A DNA stretch of 64,000 bases, from contig MU055753.1 in NCBI GenBank assembly GCA_013239625.1, positions 2,100,702 through 2,164,701 on the forward strand, written 5' to 3'. Under the pieces are notes generated by a model. It saw nothing but the letters and a program-made list of their open reading frames with translations. It did not search any database and was not told where the DNA came from. Source of the stretch: Lama guanicoe. Its lineage: Eukaryota. Shown piece after piece: positions 11,240-24,212 of this stretch. The first letter of the stretch is position 1, and each line of letters starts with the position of its first letter. A program made the position numbers and the translations under genes.

Positions 11240-12933
11240 TCATTCATAAATACACAATTTTATTAGCTATTTTCAGGGGAAACTTAGGCATTAAACTGTA
11301 AGCTGATAAAATACGGATACCTAAAAAAGTACAAAAGTATAAATATCCCCTTAGAATAAATTTTAGTGAATTAAGTCTTAATATTTTTAAATTAAAAAAA
11401 CCCACAAGCCTATCTATTATGTCAAGGTCACAAACCAAACGACGCTAAGCGGCCAGCAGCGCCCCACAGGTGCACCCCGAGGCCAAGAAGGGCCGCCCAC
11501 CTCCGTGGGCTCCTCGGGGAGGCCGGGTCCCCAGGGGCTAAGTGTGCCCTATAGAAAGGTTGCTATAAACAGGTGAAGCCAAACATTTAACAAGATACAA
11601 CAGACCTTACAAAAAGGAGGAGGTAAGTCCTAGGTGCTAGAGAACTTGGTTAATCAGGTAATATTGGCAAAGAAGGAGAGGGCACAGGCGAGAAGCCTCC
11701 AAAAGCATCTGAACCTGATGTGCTGGGGCCTCGGCCTGAGGCGGGGTGGCCCCAGCGGTTGGTGCGCACAGCTCCCCTGGGAGCCGAAGGTTAGGAAGCA
11801 GAGAGCCGCCCACCGAGCCAGATCCCCCAGAATGACAGTCCCCATGACCGGCCGAGGCAGGTCTGTTCTCGAAGCATGCGGACAGTGGTTTTCAAAGGAA
11901 TCCTAGTAGCTCCAACATCATGTCAGGGGGCAGAGCCCATGCGGGCTGCGTGTGAAGTCCCAAACACCCCAGAAGTGTCAGAGAGAACTGCATAGTTATA
12001 CAAAGAGAACGAGAGAGCCGGCAAGAGAGAGATGTCTGTGATGCGCTGTAAACATCCAATTTTCAACATGACCCGGAGTTTCAGCTCCAGAAGCCAGGTG
12101 GACAGGCCTCCCACCCCGACCTCCATCCCAGGCGAGACCAAGGCACTGATGGGCGCCAGCTCCCCTCGAGCCCTCGGGTGGGTCGGATGAGGCAAAACTT
12201 GTACCTCCCTTTAAATGACTTAACAGATCAGCCCAAAAGGCAGCAGCCCTTTTAGGCATTTCTAAGAAGTAAAAGCATTGGGTAGTCTATCCACATTGGG
12301 AAAGAAAGGATGCAAAGGTTTCTCACACGAAAATTACAAATGGAGAAGCTGTGACTGTGCCAGGCCCAGTCAGGCCAGGGAAGCCCAGCTCTAAAGGAGG
12401 CCCAGGAAGTAGTGAACACGTGGAGGCTGGGAGAAGCCCCAACCGATCACATCTGGGAGGCAGAGCAGACGCCCTGCCCCAGGGCCCAGGGCCTGGTGTG
12501 TGCAAGGGCGACTAGCAGACACCCAGAGCCCAGGGCTGCGGCACTGTGGCCACTTACTACCAGCGAGGCCAGGGCTCCGTTACAGACTGTTTATGTAGCA
12601 CCAAGAACGCTGTCCTTTAAATGATCTTCGGTGATTAAAGGGGTCAGTCAGGAGCGTCCTGCCTCAGGCCCGAGTGGCACTTGGGAAAGCCAAGCTGAGG
12701 TCCCCATGGAGACGCCCACTGGGGCAGCGTGCCACCTTTGAGTGGGGACGCCTGTCCTCAGACAGCTGGTCCCGTCTCTCACCACCCACCTCAGAGGCAA
12801 AAAAGGAGTCACACCCAGATCTCTAGAGAAATTGTCAAAAGCAGGTTTCTTCTCACGGCCGAGCTTCCTCGACACAGCGGATCATTGCTTCTCAGGAAAA
12901 GGTACGTTTCCTCAGCTGTCAACACTGTGATCC
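11240..12933 (-). other. KCTD5: KCTD5 3' UTR (~1.7 kb)
   Basis: Lies between the stop codon and the poly(A) signal; 3' end approximate. Confidence 0.7.
11259..11264 (-). terminator. KCTD5: KCTD5 poly(A) signal
   Basis: AATAAA on the - strand at the end of an AU-rich block (11240-11430), with GU-rich sequence downstream. Confidence 0.75.
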
Positions 12934-12963
12934 TCACATCCTTGAACCTCGTTCTTGCAAAAT
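12934..12963 (-). CDS. KCTD5: KCTD5 exon 6 (ILQERGSRM*)
   Basis: ttttcAG acceptor; canonical KCTD5 C-terminus; TGA at 12936-12934. Confidence 0.95.
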   Translation of the reverse strand: MLQERGSRM

Positions 12964-15374
12964 CTGAAAATGCCAAATGCAGACAGTGAGGACTAGGGCC
13001 TTGACTGAAAAGGCAGCCGGCAGCCAGCTGGGAACTTGGTGGCCCTGAGTTGGGTGGAGCCCACCACGGGCCAGGGTCCAAGAGCAGGTGTGGCCCAGGC
13101 CAGCTGCAGGCAGAGACATCACTGTGCAGGCCTGGCTCCGCCCACCTTCAGGCCCCACACAGGGCAGGCCCCCCAGCTCTCCCCACCCTCCATCCTAGCC
13201 TGACGTCAGAAGGACTTGGAAAGTGGTGAACTGTGGAGGCTGTGAGAAACCACCAAGCAATCATGCCTGGAAGGCCGCAGGGGGCCTGTCCCCCCCATGC
13301 CTCCTGAGACTCATGGGCATAGCCCCAGGACCCGCGGCATCTCTCCCGATGGTCTCCTGAGGGTGAGAGGCTCTCAGTTCCTGAAGGTGCCAAAGCCCAC
13401 CTGGGGTTTAGCTGCCCATCTGACAGGCACTGACTCCTGACGTTCTCTCCAGCCCAGCTGGATTCTGAGCCAAACACACATATGTGTGACCAGGGTCCCC
13501 AGGGACCCACCCCAACCTACCCCTCTTCTTTCTTCCACCCTCCACTGCAAACCATGTCCCCTCCACCCTGCACCTGGTCAACAACCCAGACACCTGGGAC
13601 TCTGGGCCTGCCCTGTCACCCCCACAACCATACCTGCCAACTCGTTCTGCACACTGCCTGCCTGGCTGGGGTCGTAACTGTACCTGGACCACCCACCTCA
13701 AGGGAGTCAGCCCCCTCCTCGCTATAGCCAGACAGGACTCTATAGGCCACAAACCTGACCCCACTGGGGGACTATGCCATCCCTGTGGAGCCTGCTACCC
13801 CTCAACCACCATCCTTGACCCTCTCACTCCCACGCCTCCTCAGCGTCTCAGAGCCTGAGCAGTATCCCCATCTCCCTCACCACTAGAATTATCTGTGCCT
13901 CCCATCTTCCCCCAAATCAGGCTGGCAGCTCCTCAAGGCCTGGAGCCAGCTGGAGGTAGAAGCCCACATGAGCCAGGGGTCAATTTAGAGCTGGCAAAGT
14001 GTGCTGTCTCGGTATGTCAAGTGCGGCTGCTAAGCACCAGGTGATCAGGATCAAAAAGCCACACAAGTCCCAGCCTGGCCCGACCACGCCCAGGCTGGCG
14101 CTGAAAGATGACCCTCCCTGCAATCCCATCGGCAGCTCAAGAATGGCCTCCCGGGGGCATTTTCCACTTGAATTTCTGGCTGAGAGAGATACAGCCCTGA
14201 GGACACTGTGTGTCACTGAGCCCTGGCACAATACGGGGACATGCCCAGGAGGGCCTGGCGGGCAGCAGGTAAAGTTCTCAGGTTCTCAAGCACCTAGGCA
14301 ACCCTGACCTCCTGCTCACCAGCCAGGATGGCTGGCCAGAGCCATGCAGCCAGTCACTCACGTTTCCTGAGGGCTTGTTCTGAATGACTCAAGAGAAGCG
14401 CAGGTTCCGCGGAGATGCTGCAGCCCATCCTGATGCACGCCACAGCCCTGCTGTCCCTAGGCTGTGCCCACTGTGTCTCTGACGGCTCCCCAAGCCCGTA
14501 AGTTCAGCAGGGCCTGCCTTCTCACTGGGAAAGCCCGGGAAGACCTTGCCAGAGGGACAGAGTCAGAGGTCGTACATTGGGGTGGGTGAAGCTATGTCCC
14601 TGCTCAGCCCACAAGGTCCCTCTGGCCCCCAAGGCACTAGTCCCACAAGGGTCTGCCGCCCTGTCATCTTGGTTGTTTGCTGGGAAAGCTGGAGTCTGTG
14701 GGGGCCCGGGAACAGAGAGCTGCTCACTCTGTGGGGGCCCAGCAGAGCAGAGGGAGCATCTGAGTTCACGGGATGAAGTGGTGGAAGCGATGAGGCCCAT
14801 GTAACCATCACGTGGCCTGGAAGCGAGCTGACAACACAGGAGGAGCCACCCCACCAGAGCCGGAGCCCCAACAACTGTCTCCTAAGGAGGATCTGTGACA
14901 GTCACGGCCCTGTCTGTCCTGGTCAGACTCTCACCTGGGCCACTGCCCACAAGGTCTGAGTCGGGCCGCAGGGACTGGGTGGGATGAGCACAGTGTGCAG
15001 CACCCCCGTGGTGGGCCTAGGCGGAGTGGCATCACTTCACCCTGCGACACCCAGGCCCCAGGGCCCACTCCAAGGCTGCCCTGGTGACCAGCCCATGCTC
15101 GCCCCTCCCACAGTCCAGACCCCTGCGTTAGGGCCACCGAAGAAGCTCCTGTAAGCAGATGCAAAGTCTGTAACTAGGCTGGGGGGAAGTGGTGTTGAAA
15201 GAGGCCCCTCCTTCCTCCTGGAGGCTGGCCCAGCAGCTGCCAGCAGGCATGACTCCTCCATGCTCACGAGGGCTCCTGCCCGCCCCCCACATTCCCCCAG
15301 TCTCGTGTTCCCATCATGGTTCACCATCGGCCCAGGCCAAAGTCAAGCTGAACCCCTAAGGTGCAGCCACTCCA

Positions 15375-15600
15375 AACCGAAATGGGCCACAAATGCCAAC
15401 TACATGCCTGATTTCAGAGACTTTGAGAAGAGGCAAGTAAAACACTTCAGTGATTTTCTGGCTCAAATGACAATATTATGCGCTTACTAGGTAATAATAT
15501 TAGCATAAGTTTCACATTTCCTTTTACTTCCTTAACGTGGCTACCAGGAAGTTTAAAAGCACAGATGGAGGGCGTGCTGCACGCCCCCTGGTCAGTGCCA
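15375..15600. mobile_element. hAT-Charlie MITE (MER33/MER3-like)
   Basis: tttcacatttccttttacttccttaacgtggctaccaggaagtttaaaa signature. Confidence 0.6.
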
Positions 15601-15608
15601 GTCCAGAT

Positions 15609-15755
15609 CAGGGGCCAGCAAGCTTTTTCTTAAAGGACCAGATAGTAAATATTTAAGGATTTCTGGGTCAAACAGCAAAACTGTTATGTACTTACATAAT
15701 CACCAGAAAAATAACATTAAAAACATAAAAGCTGTTCTTAGTCTGTGACCCCTAG
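15609..15755 (+). mobile_element. hAT-Charlie MITE (MER58-like)
   Basis: caggggccagcaagctttttcttaaaggaccagatagtaaatattt terminus. Confidence 0.7.
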
Positions 15756-16849
15756 ACTAGACCTCTCATGGCTGGTTGTTGGCGTTCCGTGCTTGGCTGG
15801 CCGCAGGCTTTTCCCGAACTCCTCCCAGGAGGAGGCTGAAGGTCCCCACCTGCCGGGCTCAGCAGGGAAGCTCCCTGCTCTCTGGGCCTCGACCTCCCCT
15901 GCACCAGTCAAGGGAGCAGACCAGACGCCCTCTGATGACAGAGAACCTAGGAAGCAGCAGGGACTTGGGGAGCAGCTGGGGGCCGAGAAGGCATCATGGA
16001 GTCTCTACCATGGGGCCAACAGGAGAGTCCACACAGACTCCTCTCCACCAGCATTCCTCGCCTGTGGCATAGGGGAGCAGGGGTGTCGTGGGCTTGGCGT
16101 CAGGATCACGGCCCACCCTCTGTGGCATAAGCCCTGATTCCACAGCCCTGAGCCCATGGGTGGCCTGGCAACAAGATGGGAACACTGGCAGGCTGGGGGC
16201 TGCCTGTCCCCAGGAGGTGCAGGCCCATGTCCTTGCTAACATCCATGGGAAGGGGGCCTTTCCTAAGTCTGACACACACAGTGCTCAGGCCCCCAGCCAC
16301 AGTCCCAACCCCACCCACATGGGCATCCTTGGGGGACAGACAGCCGTGCCACTAGACAGACTGGCTCCACTGCAGATCTACACAGTTGGCATCTACTGTG
16401 GAAGGTTCTCTGTCAACTACAGGCATGAGATGGATGCAGTGGAGGAGGGGCTGGGGTCAAAGAAGCTAAGGTACCAGGTCAGTTTCCAGGGCAGCAGGCT
16501 CACCATGACATTTACACTTAATCTGAGTCATCCCCATCGTGACCCGTGTCCTCATCGTCACTCTGGCTCGGCATGCAGCAGGCGGCAGGGAGGAGAAGAA
16601 GAGAGGGCACCGTCAGTGCAGGGTGAGGCAGGAGGCCACGGAGGGAAGCCCACCCAGACAGGCCACGAGGAGGCAGTGGAGAGCACAGGTGCTTAGGGCC
16701 AGGGGCCGCAGCTGTGTGTGTGACGAGGCACAGGCCAGCCTCATCCAGATCACACCACGAGGAAGGTACAGGCTCAGTGTCTCACTAGCCCCGTCAACCC
16801 TGGGCCTTGGCATTCCCAAAGTTCCAGAGTTTTCTTCCCTCTGTGTCCT

Positions 16850-17380
16850 GAAGAACTAAACCTTGCCCAAACACAGGTCTGGCTTTTGCCCTCAGCTCTG
16901 GGGAGGCCATGACCTCCAGGCCACACCAGACAGTCTGACCGTGTGATGGAGGGTGGGGTCAGCTGGCCAGGGGCCTGGAGACTGTGATCAGGCACATGGG
17001 TGTTCTATCATTGATCAATAATCATGCCTACGTGCCCGAGCCCAGTAAAACCTTTGGACACAGAGGCTGGGGGAGCATCCGTGGTGGGCAATGCTCCGTG
17101 CACATCGCCACAAGCCCTGACTCCACGAGCAGCACCTTTGTGACGCAAGCTCCATGTCAGGCACACTTCCTGGCCTCCATCCGACACACCCTCCCCTGGC
17201 AGGTCTGAGCCCTACCCCTCTGTGCTTCCTGTGATAAACTGTAACCATGAGCAGAACCGCACTCAGTGAGTTGACTCCTCCCAACAGATCATGGAATCGG
17301 AGAATGGTTTGGGAAGGCCCTGAATTTGGGGTTGATGGCAGCCATTCCTGGGTGGACTGGTCCCCTCACAGAGTTGCCCC
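16850..17380 (+). mobile_element. Solo LTR, MER21(C)-like
   Basis: gtaaaacctttggacac..ggcaatgctccgtgc..gactccacg..gataaactgtaaccatgag..cagtgagtt motifs in consensus order. Confidence 0.65.
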
Positions 17381-19340
17381 ACCACCCTCATCCATTCTTT
17401 CCTGTTATTTCCACCTTGACAAAGGGTGGCTGGCCCATGCCTCGGGCACCCAGTGAGCAGGTCCACAGTGGTGACCCTCACTGCCCCCAGAACACGGAAT
17501 GCTGCCCTAACAAGATTGTGCATAGGGGTCCCTAAATTACGACTGCCAATCTGGCCGTGACAGTTTTCCATGGCTCTCTGGAGGCTCCGGCTATGATCCA
17601 CTTCCATGACAGCTCCTGCCACTGCCCCAACTTAGAAGCCACTGTGGCCGCCACACTTCAGAGCCAGGTATTTTTGGAGAGAGAAATAGGGCCTTGTTTT
17701 CAATGGCAAAGGGATTTGGGGTCACGCCTGGAGCTCCCTCAGCAGACGCATCCTTTCTGCAGCTGAAAAGCCACCTGACGGAAATGAGCTCGGGCGGCTG
17801 CCCTGGTGAGCTCGCCTATGAGAATTTTTCAAGTTCAGAAATAAAAGCTTCTAAAAATAGACAATGTACAACAAAGCCCTGCAAACGCTCAGAGAGAGAT
17901 GGCTCCTTGTGAGGCTGGGGGCTCCCAGGAGGTACAGTCGTCTCCTACCCCAACTCAACAAGAAGCACATCCCTAGGTGAGGCACTGGGGCCCCTCTGTT
18001 CCCAGTGGACCACGGAGACCCACGCTGACCCCGTGACATCCTGTCCTGAGAGGCAACGGAACAGCCTGGACCCAGCACACACAGCCACAGGCGCCCACGC
18101 AGGCCAGGGGGTGGGGGGTGGAGGGAGTGGTGGGAGGACTCTGGAGGCCCCAGGGCCCTAGTCATGCTGGAGTGAAAAGGCTGCCACGAGCCCGGTGGAG
18201 GACGGCCACAGGCGTGGCAATCTGCCATCCATTGCCAAGCCCACACCTCCCAGGAAGACCCTGAAAGGCTCACAGGGCAGCTCTAGGCAGGCAGGGGCCA
18301 GGGTGACATCTGGCCAAGAGCCTGAGAAGCATTTGGGAGTCCCTGGCTTAATGTCATCAGTTAAAACCCTCCTGTCTCCAGCCTTTCCCACACCCACTCC
18401 TAGCACCCCTTGACAGAACACCTGAGCTTTCCACCAGGGCCACCGAGCCTGGCCACCACAGATCCCCTGGATCCCTTCAGAGCTGGCTGCGGAACCATTC
18501 AGGCACCACCTGGCTCAAAGGTCCAGGAGTCCTGCCCAGGCCGATGGATGCTGGACTCCACAAGAACAGACATAGCTGGAGGCCCCAGCCTCAGGAATGA
18601 GCCCAGACAAGATGCCAGTAGAAGCTGTAGCCTCCAGGCAAGGCCAGCAGCTGCTCCCTACTACAGGGCTGGCCATGTTCACCCTGGCTCCTTGGGAGAC
18701 AGAAGAGTCAGACATTCAGCAGGGAGCCAGCGCAGTTCAACAGGAACCGGCCAGTGCTGGGCAAGGCAACACTCCATGGAGTCTAAAAATCACAAAATCT
18801 GCAGGACTTGCTCTGTTTACAAAGCAGCATGACTTCCCAGCCTGGGATGGATGTATCCAAGACAGGTGCAGCTCAGGAGGTCCTGCCCCCCAGCTTTGAC
18901 ATCCCAAGTCCCCAGAAAAATAGCCCACAGTGGCTTAAACTTAAAAGTGTAGCCCCTACTGGTAGGTTTGGAAGACAACACTTCCAGGAACAACCCTGCT
19001 GGTTAGAAGAGAGGTGGGAGGAGGGCCGGGGCTGTGGAAGCCACAGGGGCTCACCCTGCAGGGAGCCTGTGCCCAAAGACCGCTCGCTCCACCACCCGTG
19101 TCCTGTGGATGGACGTGTCCTTCATCCCAGGACTCTGCTTCTGATACATCAGGTGAGAATTACGTGACGACGGACAAGAAGTGCGAGGCTGAGCATGCCA
19201 CTAGGAAGCCGGTGTGGCCAGAAGAACCAACAAGGATAGTAAGAAATGACATAGCTTCAAGGAGAGAAACTCAGCCCTGCTGCGGGCATCCCCGACTTTA
19301 CCTGCACCCACTGCGGGCCGCGGGCCGCAGCATCACCCAC

Positions 19341-19466
19341 CTTGGCCTTCTCACTGGGCTCACTGGTCGTGCCATATGAGGAGTTGTGCAGTTCCTTGGA
19401 GACCACGCAGAGGAACTCAGCCTGGTCCTCACTCCCGTAGTTGTAGGAGGAGCCGATGCTGACCAG
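19341..19466 (-). CDS. KCTD5: KCTD5 exon 5 ([11 protein letters not shown]...EPSEKAK)
   Basis: 126 nt, cccAG acceptor, AAG|GTGGGT donor. Confidence 0.96.
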
Positions 19467-22178
19467 CTGGGAGGAGAGAAGGCCAGAGGGATGTGGGCAG
19501 AGAGCCACATGTGCACCTGGCTCAGCCCGCCCACCAGGAGGGAAACAGCCTGCAAAGACCCACGGCAAGGATGGCCAACACTCAGGGAAACCAAGGGACA
19601 GGGTTCAGCCAAGAGATTTTTAATGAACTTATGGAAAATCAAGTCCTCAAACCACCATACTCAGGCACACAGGCACCTGCACAAACATGCCACCACACAC
19701 ATAAAACATGTGGGATGGCCAGCTCTTCCCTGGGTTTCTGGCTGGGCCCATGGGGATGCCGAGGGACCCAGTGAGGGGAGCACAGTGCTGGAGTGTGGGG
19801 GGGGTGGGCAGGCAGTGGGATGGTGGCCCTCTGCTCCCTCCTTACACACTCACGCACGTGAGGGCGAACTCCTCCCCAGGGAAGCCAGGACTGACCCTTC
19901 CTCACCCTGGGGCTACTGACCGAGAAAGGCAGACACCAGTGGTGGGAGGGGAGGTCGGCAGGGGGCCGTGCTGGTTCTCACAGGCTCAGGAGGAGCCAAA
20001 AGTCCAGCTGCCCGAATCTCCAAGACAGAGGTTGGGCCATGGCTCCATGGGCCTCAGCCACAGTCTCGGTCTATATGGGCCCATGGCAGACATGCCCACA
20101 GCCCTGCATCCTCATGGGCCTCTAGGTCACCACCACAGCCACACAGGAGTCAAGGGCCGGCCCACTTGCTCCAGCCCATCCCAGAGCCACCAAGGGCTTT
20201 GTGATTTTAAATGCAAAATTACTCAAAAGAAAACCACTACAATTATAGCGAAGCTACCAGTGCTGATTATTAAGCCAACTCCTGGAAGGCCCTTCGACCT
20301 TCAGCTTCTCTGCTGATGAATCTGCCCAGGAGAGGTCAGGGAGGGGGACGCAGTGAGTACAGCCAAGCGAGAGGGGTGCTCAGGTCTGCCCAGAGACCAT
20401 GTCTTCACGAGGCACGCAAGCCCCTCCAGAACCCGCTGGGAGCCTCGCTCTGGCCTTGTCACTGATCACTGGGCAGCCTGGGTTCGCAATCGCCACGTCA
20501 CAGGGTCCCGGGTGCCAGCCCCACTTCCCCTGCCGCAGTTCCAGCCCCTGCTTCTGGGAGGCAGACAAGTGAACTAACATGCTTCTGGTTCTGGGGCTGC
20601 ACTGGCATAAACCTGGAGGAGGATGTCCCCGAGGGAGGAAATGGGCAAAACAGGTGAGACTCGGGGGAAGAGAGGAACCATCTCTGCGGTGGAGTTGGAA
20701 TCCACCCAGAGGAGCTCAGGATCAAGTCCCCAGGTTGGTCAGGGGGAGGGAGACACCCAGGCAGGAGGCAGGGGAACCTTTCTCCCTTCTAGCTGGAGAG
20801 CCAAACGGGGCTTAACTCTGACAAAGGGTGACCTAGTTCACAGATCCTAAACTGGCGACTGCCACTCAGGTTATGCCAGGCTCCCCACCTAGGGGTGGTG
20901 GGTAATTTCTGTCCCTGCATGAGCCTGGCGTGACTGTGACGGGGTCAGAGTGTGAGGAATGCAAATGCAACCACAGGAGCCTCCCTGGACTCCTGGTGGC
21001 TGCGCCCCCCCCACTGCAGGGTGGGACACAAATGCTGACTACACCTCTCTTTCATGACATTTTACGGGGACTCTAGGCATTCTACAACATGACTCATTAA
21101 TCAAAAGACTCCAAAAAAGAGGTAGCCTTAATTACAAGGGAGGTCAGGGTGATCCCTTAATTTCCTGCTGTGGACAGAACCTGCCCCAGACAGAAGCTGG
21201 CAACAGAGGAGACTCTCAGGAGCCAGAGGGGGCCTGGCGAGCAGGGTGGCTGCTACCTGGGGCTAGGGCCCCACACCTGCTCTCTACCCTTCCCGACCAG
21301 CGCAGGGGGCTAGGGCCTGGGCAGGTCATAGCCCGAACCTCAGAGTCTCTGCCTGAGAAAGAGGAAAAATGACAATGAGCTCAAGGGGAAGGTCCTGCCC
21401 ACTCCGAGGACATCCCTGCCATGTTCCAAGGTCCACAGGTAACGGATGGCAGTTCCGAAGGACGAGAGCCAGCGCGCACGTGGAAACAAACACCAGAGCC
21501 CATGGAGGGAGGGACAGAGGGAGGCAAAAGGACTCGGTATACACAGATTGTCACATCAGCCCCAGCAAAAGTAGAGCTGAGGAAAGTAAAGGGCACAGCT
21601 GGCCAGAACCTGCAGCATCTTTCCGATCAAGGGCAGGACGGGCGCTGAGGAGCCACAGAGCAGCCCCACCAGAAAGGGCATCTGTGCCAACGGCAGCACA
21701 GAGGTGCCAGGAGCTGCCATCTGCTCAGCCAACATGGAAGGGGCCAGCAGGGGCTGGGCAGACACGGGAGGGGACATGGAGGTGGGGCCAGGCTAGGAGG
21801 CACTCAGGATGTCAATCCCACACACACAGAGATGCTACAGAACAGCAGAGAACACCCCTCCACCCCAGAAGAATGGGCTAGAATAAGAATAACTGCAGAG
21901 AGAAGACTGGGGAGGAAGCGGGAGTGGGGGACCCTAAGAACAACTCCCCCCTGCCCCACCCAAGCGCCTGTGACCAATTCAATTAGGACCGGGCACAGGC
22001 ACTGTTCATGAGATATACCTAGGACGACAGTGACAGGGGCCCGTGTTCCCAGGAACCGCAGGCCGCCCAATGTCTCATTACCAGTCCCTGGGGCCAGCCG
22101 CCCTGGGGACCCTGTAGGGCCTTTATTATTAAAAGTTCCACCGCACTGCCAGCTCCCATCACCCAGGGGGCCCTTTAC

Positions 22179-22274
22179 CTGCTCAAACTTCCAGCCGTCA
22201 GACATGGTGGACACCATCTGCGTGAGCTCCTCTTCCTGACACTGTAGCACGCGGTACACGTGCTTCACTGGCAC
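22179..22274 (-). CDS. KCTD5: KCTD5 exon 4 ([12 protein letters not shown]...GWKFEQ)
   Basis: 96 nt, gcAG acceptor, CAG|GTAAAG donor. Confidence 0.97.
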
Positions 22275-24120
22275 CTGCGAGAATGACGGCCACGGGTGAG
22301 AGGGCCACTTGCCCCGCCTGGCCACCCTGCCCCCTGTGCTAACCCTGGGACTGCCTGGCAGGGGACCCAGGCAGGCAGACGTCTCCTTCCACCTCTCGGG
22401 CTCACGTCATGATGCCCAAAGGAACCCCAAGCGCATCCACCAAAGCAAAACAAACACACTGGAACAGCTGCCGTATTCTGCTTCCCCGTCCGCCTCTAAA
22501 AATATTTCCATTTCTAAATTCCAAAATAAAATGAGTCATGTCCCTGAAATCCCAGAAGCACCTGTGGCTAGATGTAAACACATGAGGACACCCATTTTCA
22601 TGCCTTAGGGGAATCACACCAAGTGTCTGAATTAAGGGAGGGCCTCAAGAGCCAGGCAGGGCCAGCCTCAGCCCTGCTCTTAGAAAAAGCTCTCAGACAC
22701 GCACAGCAGCTCAGATATGAGCCCGAAGATCTTCTGATCTGCTCACCCTCCGCTGAGCGACATTCCAAACGTGGTCTCGGGGAGCCACCAGCAGTAGATC
22801 CACCCTGACACAGCTGCCACTCCCGCTACAGGTGGCAGCCCGACACAGCACGCTAGTGACAAGGCCATAGCTCTTAGAACCCTGGCCATCATCACGCAGC
22901 CCAGGTGCTGTCATTTGTGATAATGAATGACACTGTGAGACCTAATCTGACCTGCTAGTCCCCTGGGCGGGGGAATCGTCACCTCTACCATGTGGAGGGG
23001 GAGACAATCAAAGAGGTTTGCTATGGGCCCAGGTCACATGGTTCATAATCAGGGCAGCTGGGCAGAGAGGAAGGAGGCGGCAAACTGGCCAGAAATGATC
23101 AGGGAGACTGTGGACACATCTGTCCCTCCTCTGTCCCTTCCCACTGTCCCCTCCCACTGTCCTGGCACGCCAGGAGCTCCTGCAGCAAAGAGAAAGCTGG
23201 GGGCTGCATGGTGGGGGGCCCCAGCCTCCCACTGCAGTCACTGCACTGTGCCCCTCCCCAGACCCTTGACCAGCCACTCTGAGTGGCCAGGTGGTCAGCG
23301 AGTCTCTTCACAAAAGCCAAGAGGTGGAGCTCAGGGCCTGCAGGTGCCCAGTGGGAAAGTCCATAGGGAGCGGAGAGTGGCAGTGGAAGGATTCTCAGTG
23401 GAGACTCTTCAGGTAGTGATAGCAGCTCTGAGGGAACAAGCGCTCTGCAGCATCTTCCTGGCGGAGGTAACTCACTGGGCAAGGGTCTGGCGCTCTGCTC
23501 CGTAGCACTGAGCTGGTGCCACAGCAAAAACTAATGCCTTAGACCCTCTGGTGCCTCCCTTCATGGATGGTGCTAGACACACCTTCTGTGACAACACTGG
23601 CTTGGTGGGCAGCAGAGTGGCCGTGCTGGCTCCAGCACTGCTCACTGTGGCCAAGTGTGAATGGGTCCCGTATAGGGATCTGCCCACAGGGAACACTGTT
23701 CAGCACAAAGGGCACTGGCTGAGCCCTTCTTTCCAAGCAAAGGCCAAGTCCACACACCTGCAGAACCCTACCTCCACTGTCACTACCGGCTCCCCCATGC
23801 TCTCCCTGGGCCACGTGGGCCCTTGGAACAGCTTGAGCATATGGCTGCCACAGGGCTTTTGCACTCATGCTGCCCTGCCTGCAATCTCTTCCCGAGGCGG
23901 CCACGCACTCAAGCCCCATGGAGGCCGCCTGCTCTCCTGCCCCTCTTCACCCCCATGGGACCTCTCGCCCCCTGGAGTGGGCATCAGCTGGCAGCACCGC
24001 AGGAGGCAGCTAGAGGGCGGGCCACGGGCGCCAGGGCAACTCCAGGGAGGAGGGAGGGGAGCGAGCTGTGCCTTCACGCCAGGCCTAGGAAGCTTCTGGC
24101 ACATTAGTCACTGGTCTCAC

Positions 24121-24212
24121 CTGTGATGTTTTGCTGTCTCGCTCTCTAATTTTGTCCTTTACAAGTTTTATTAGTGAGGTGATATTGTAAAACTCTGCTT
24201 CCTCCAGTACCC
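24121..24212 (-). CDS. KCTD5: KCTD5 exon 3 ([31 protein letters not shown])
   Basis: 92 nt, ttttctAG acceptor, CAG|GTGAGA donor. Confidence 0.97.
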
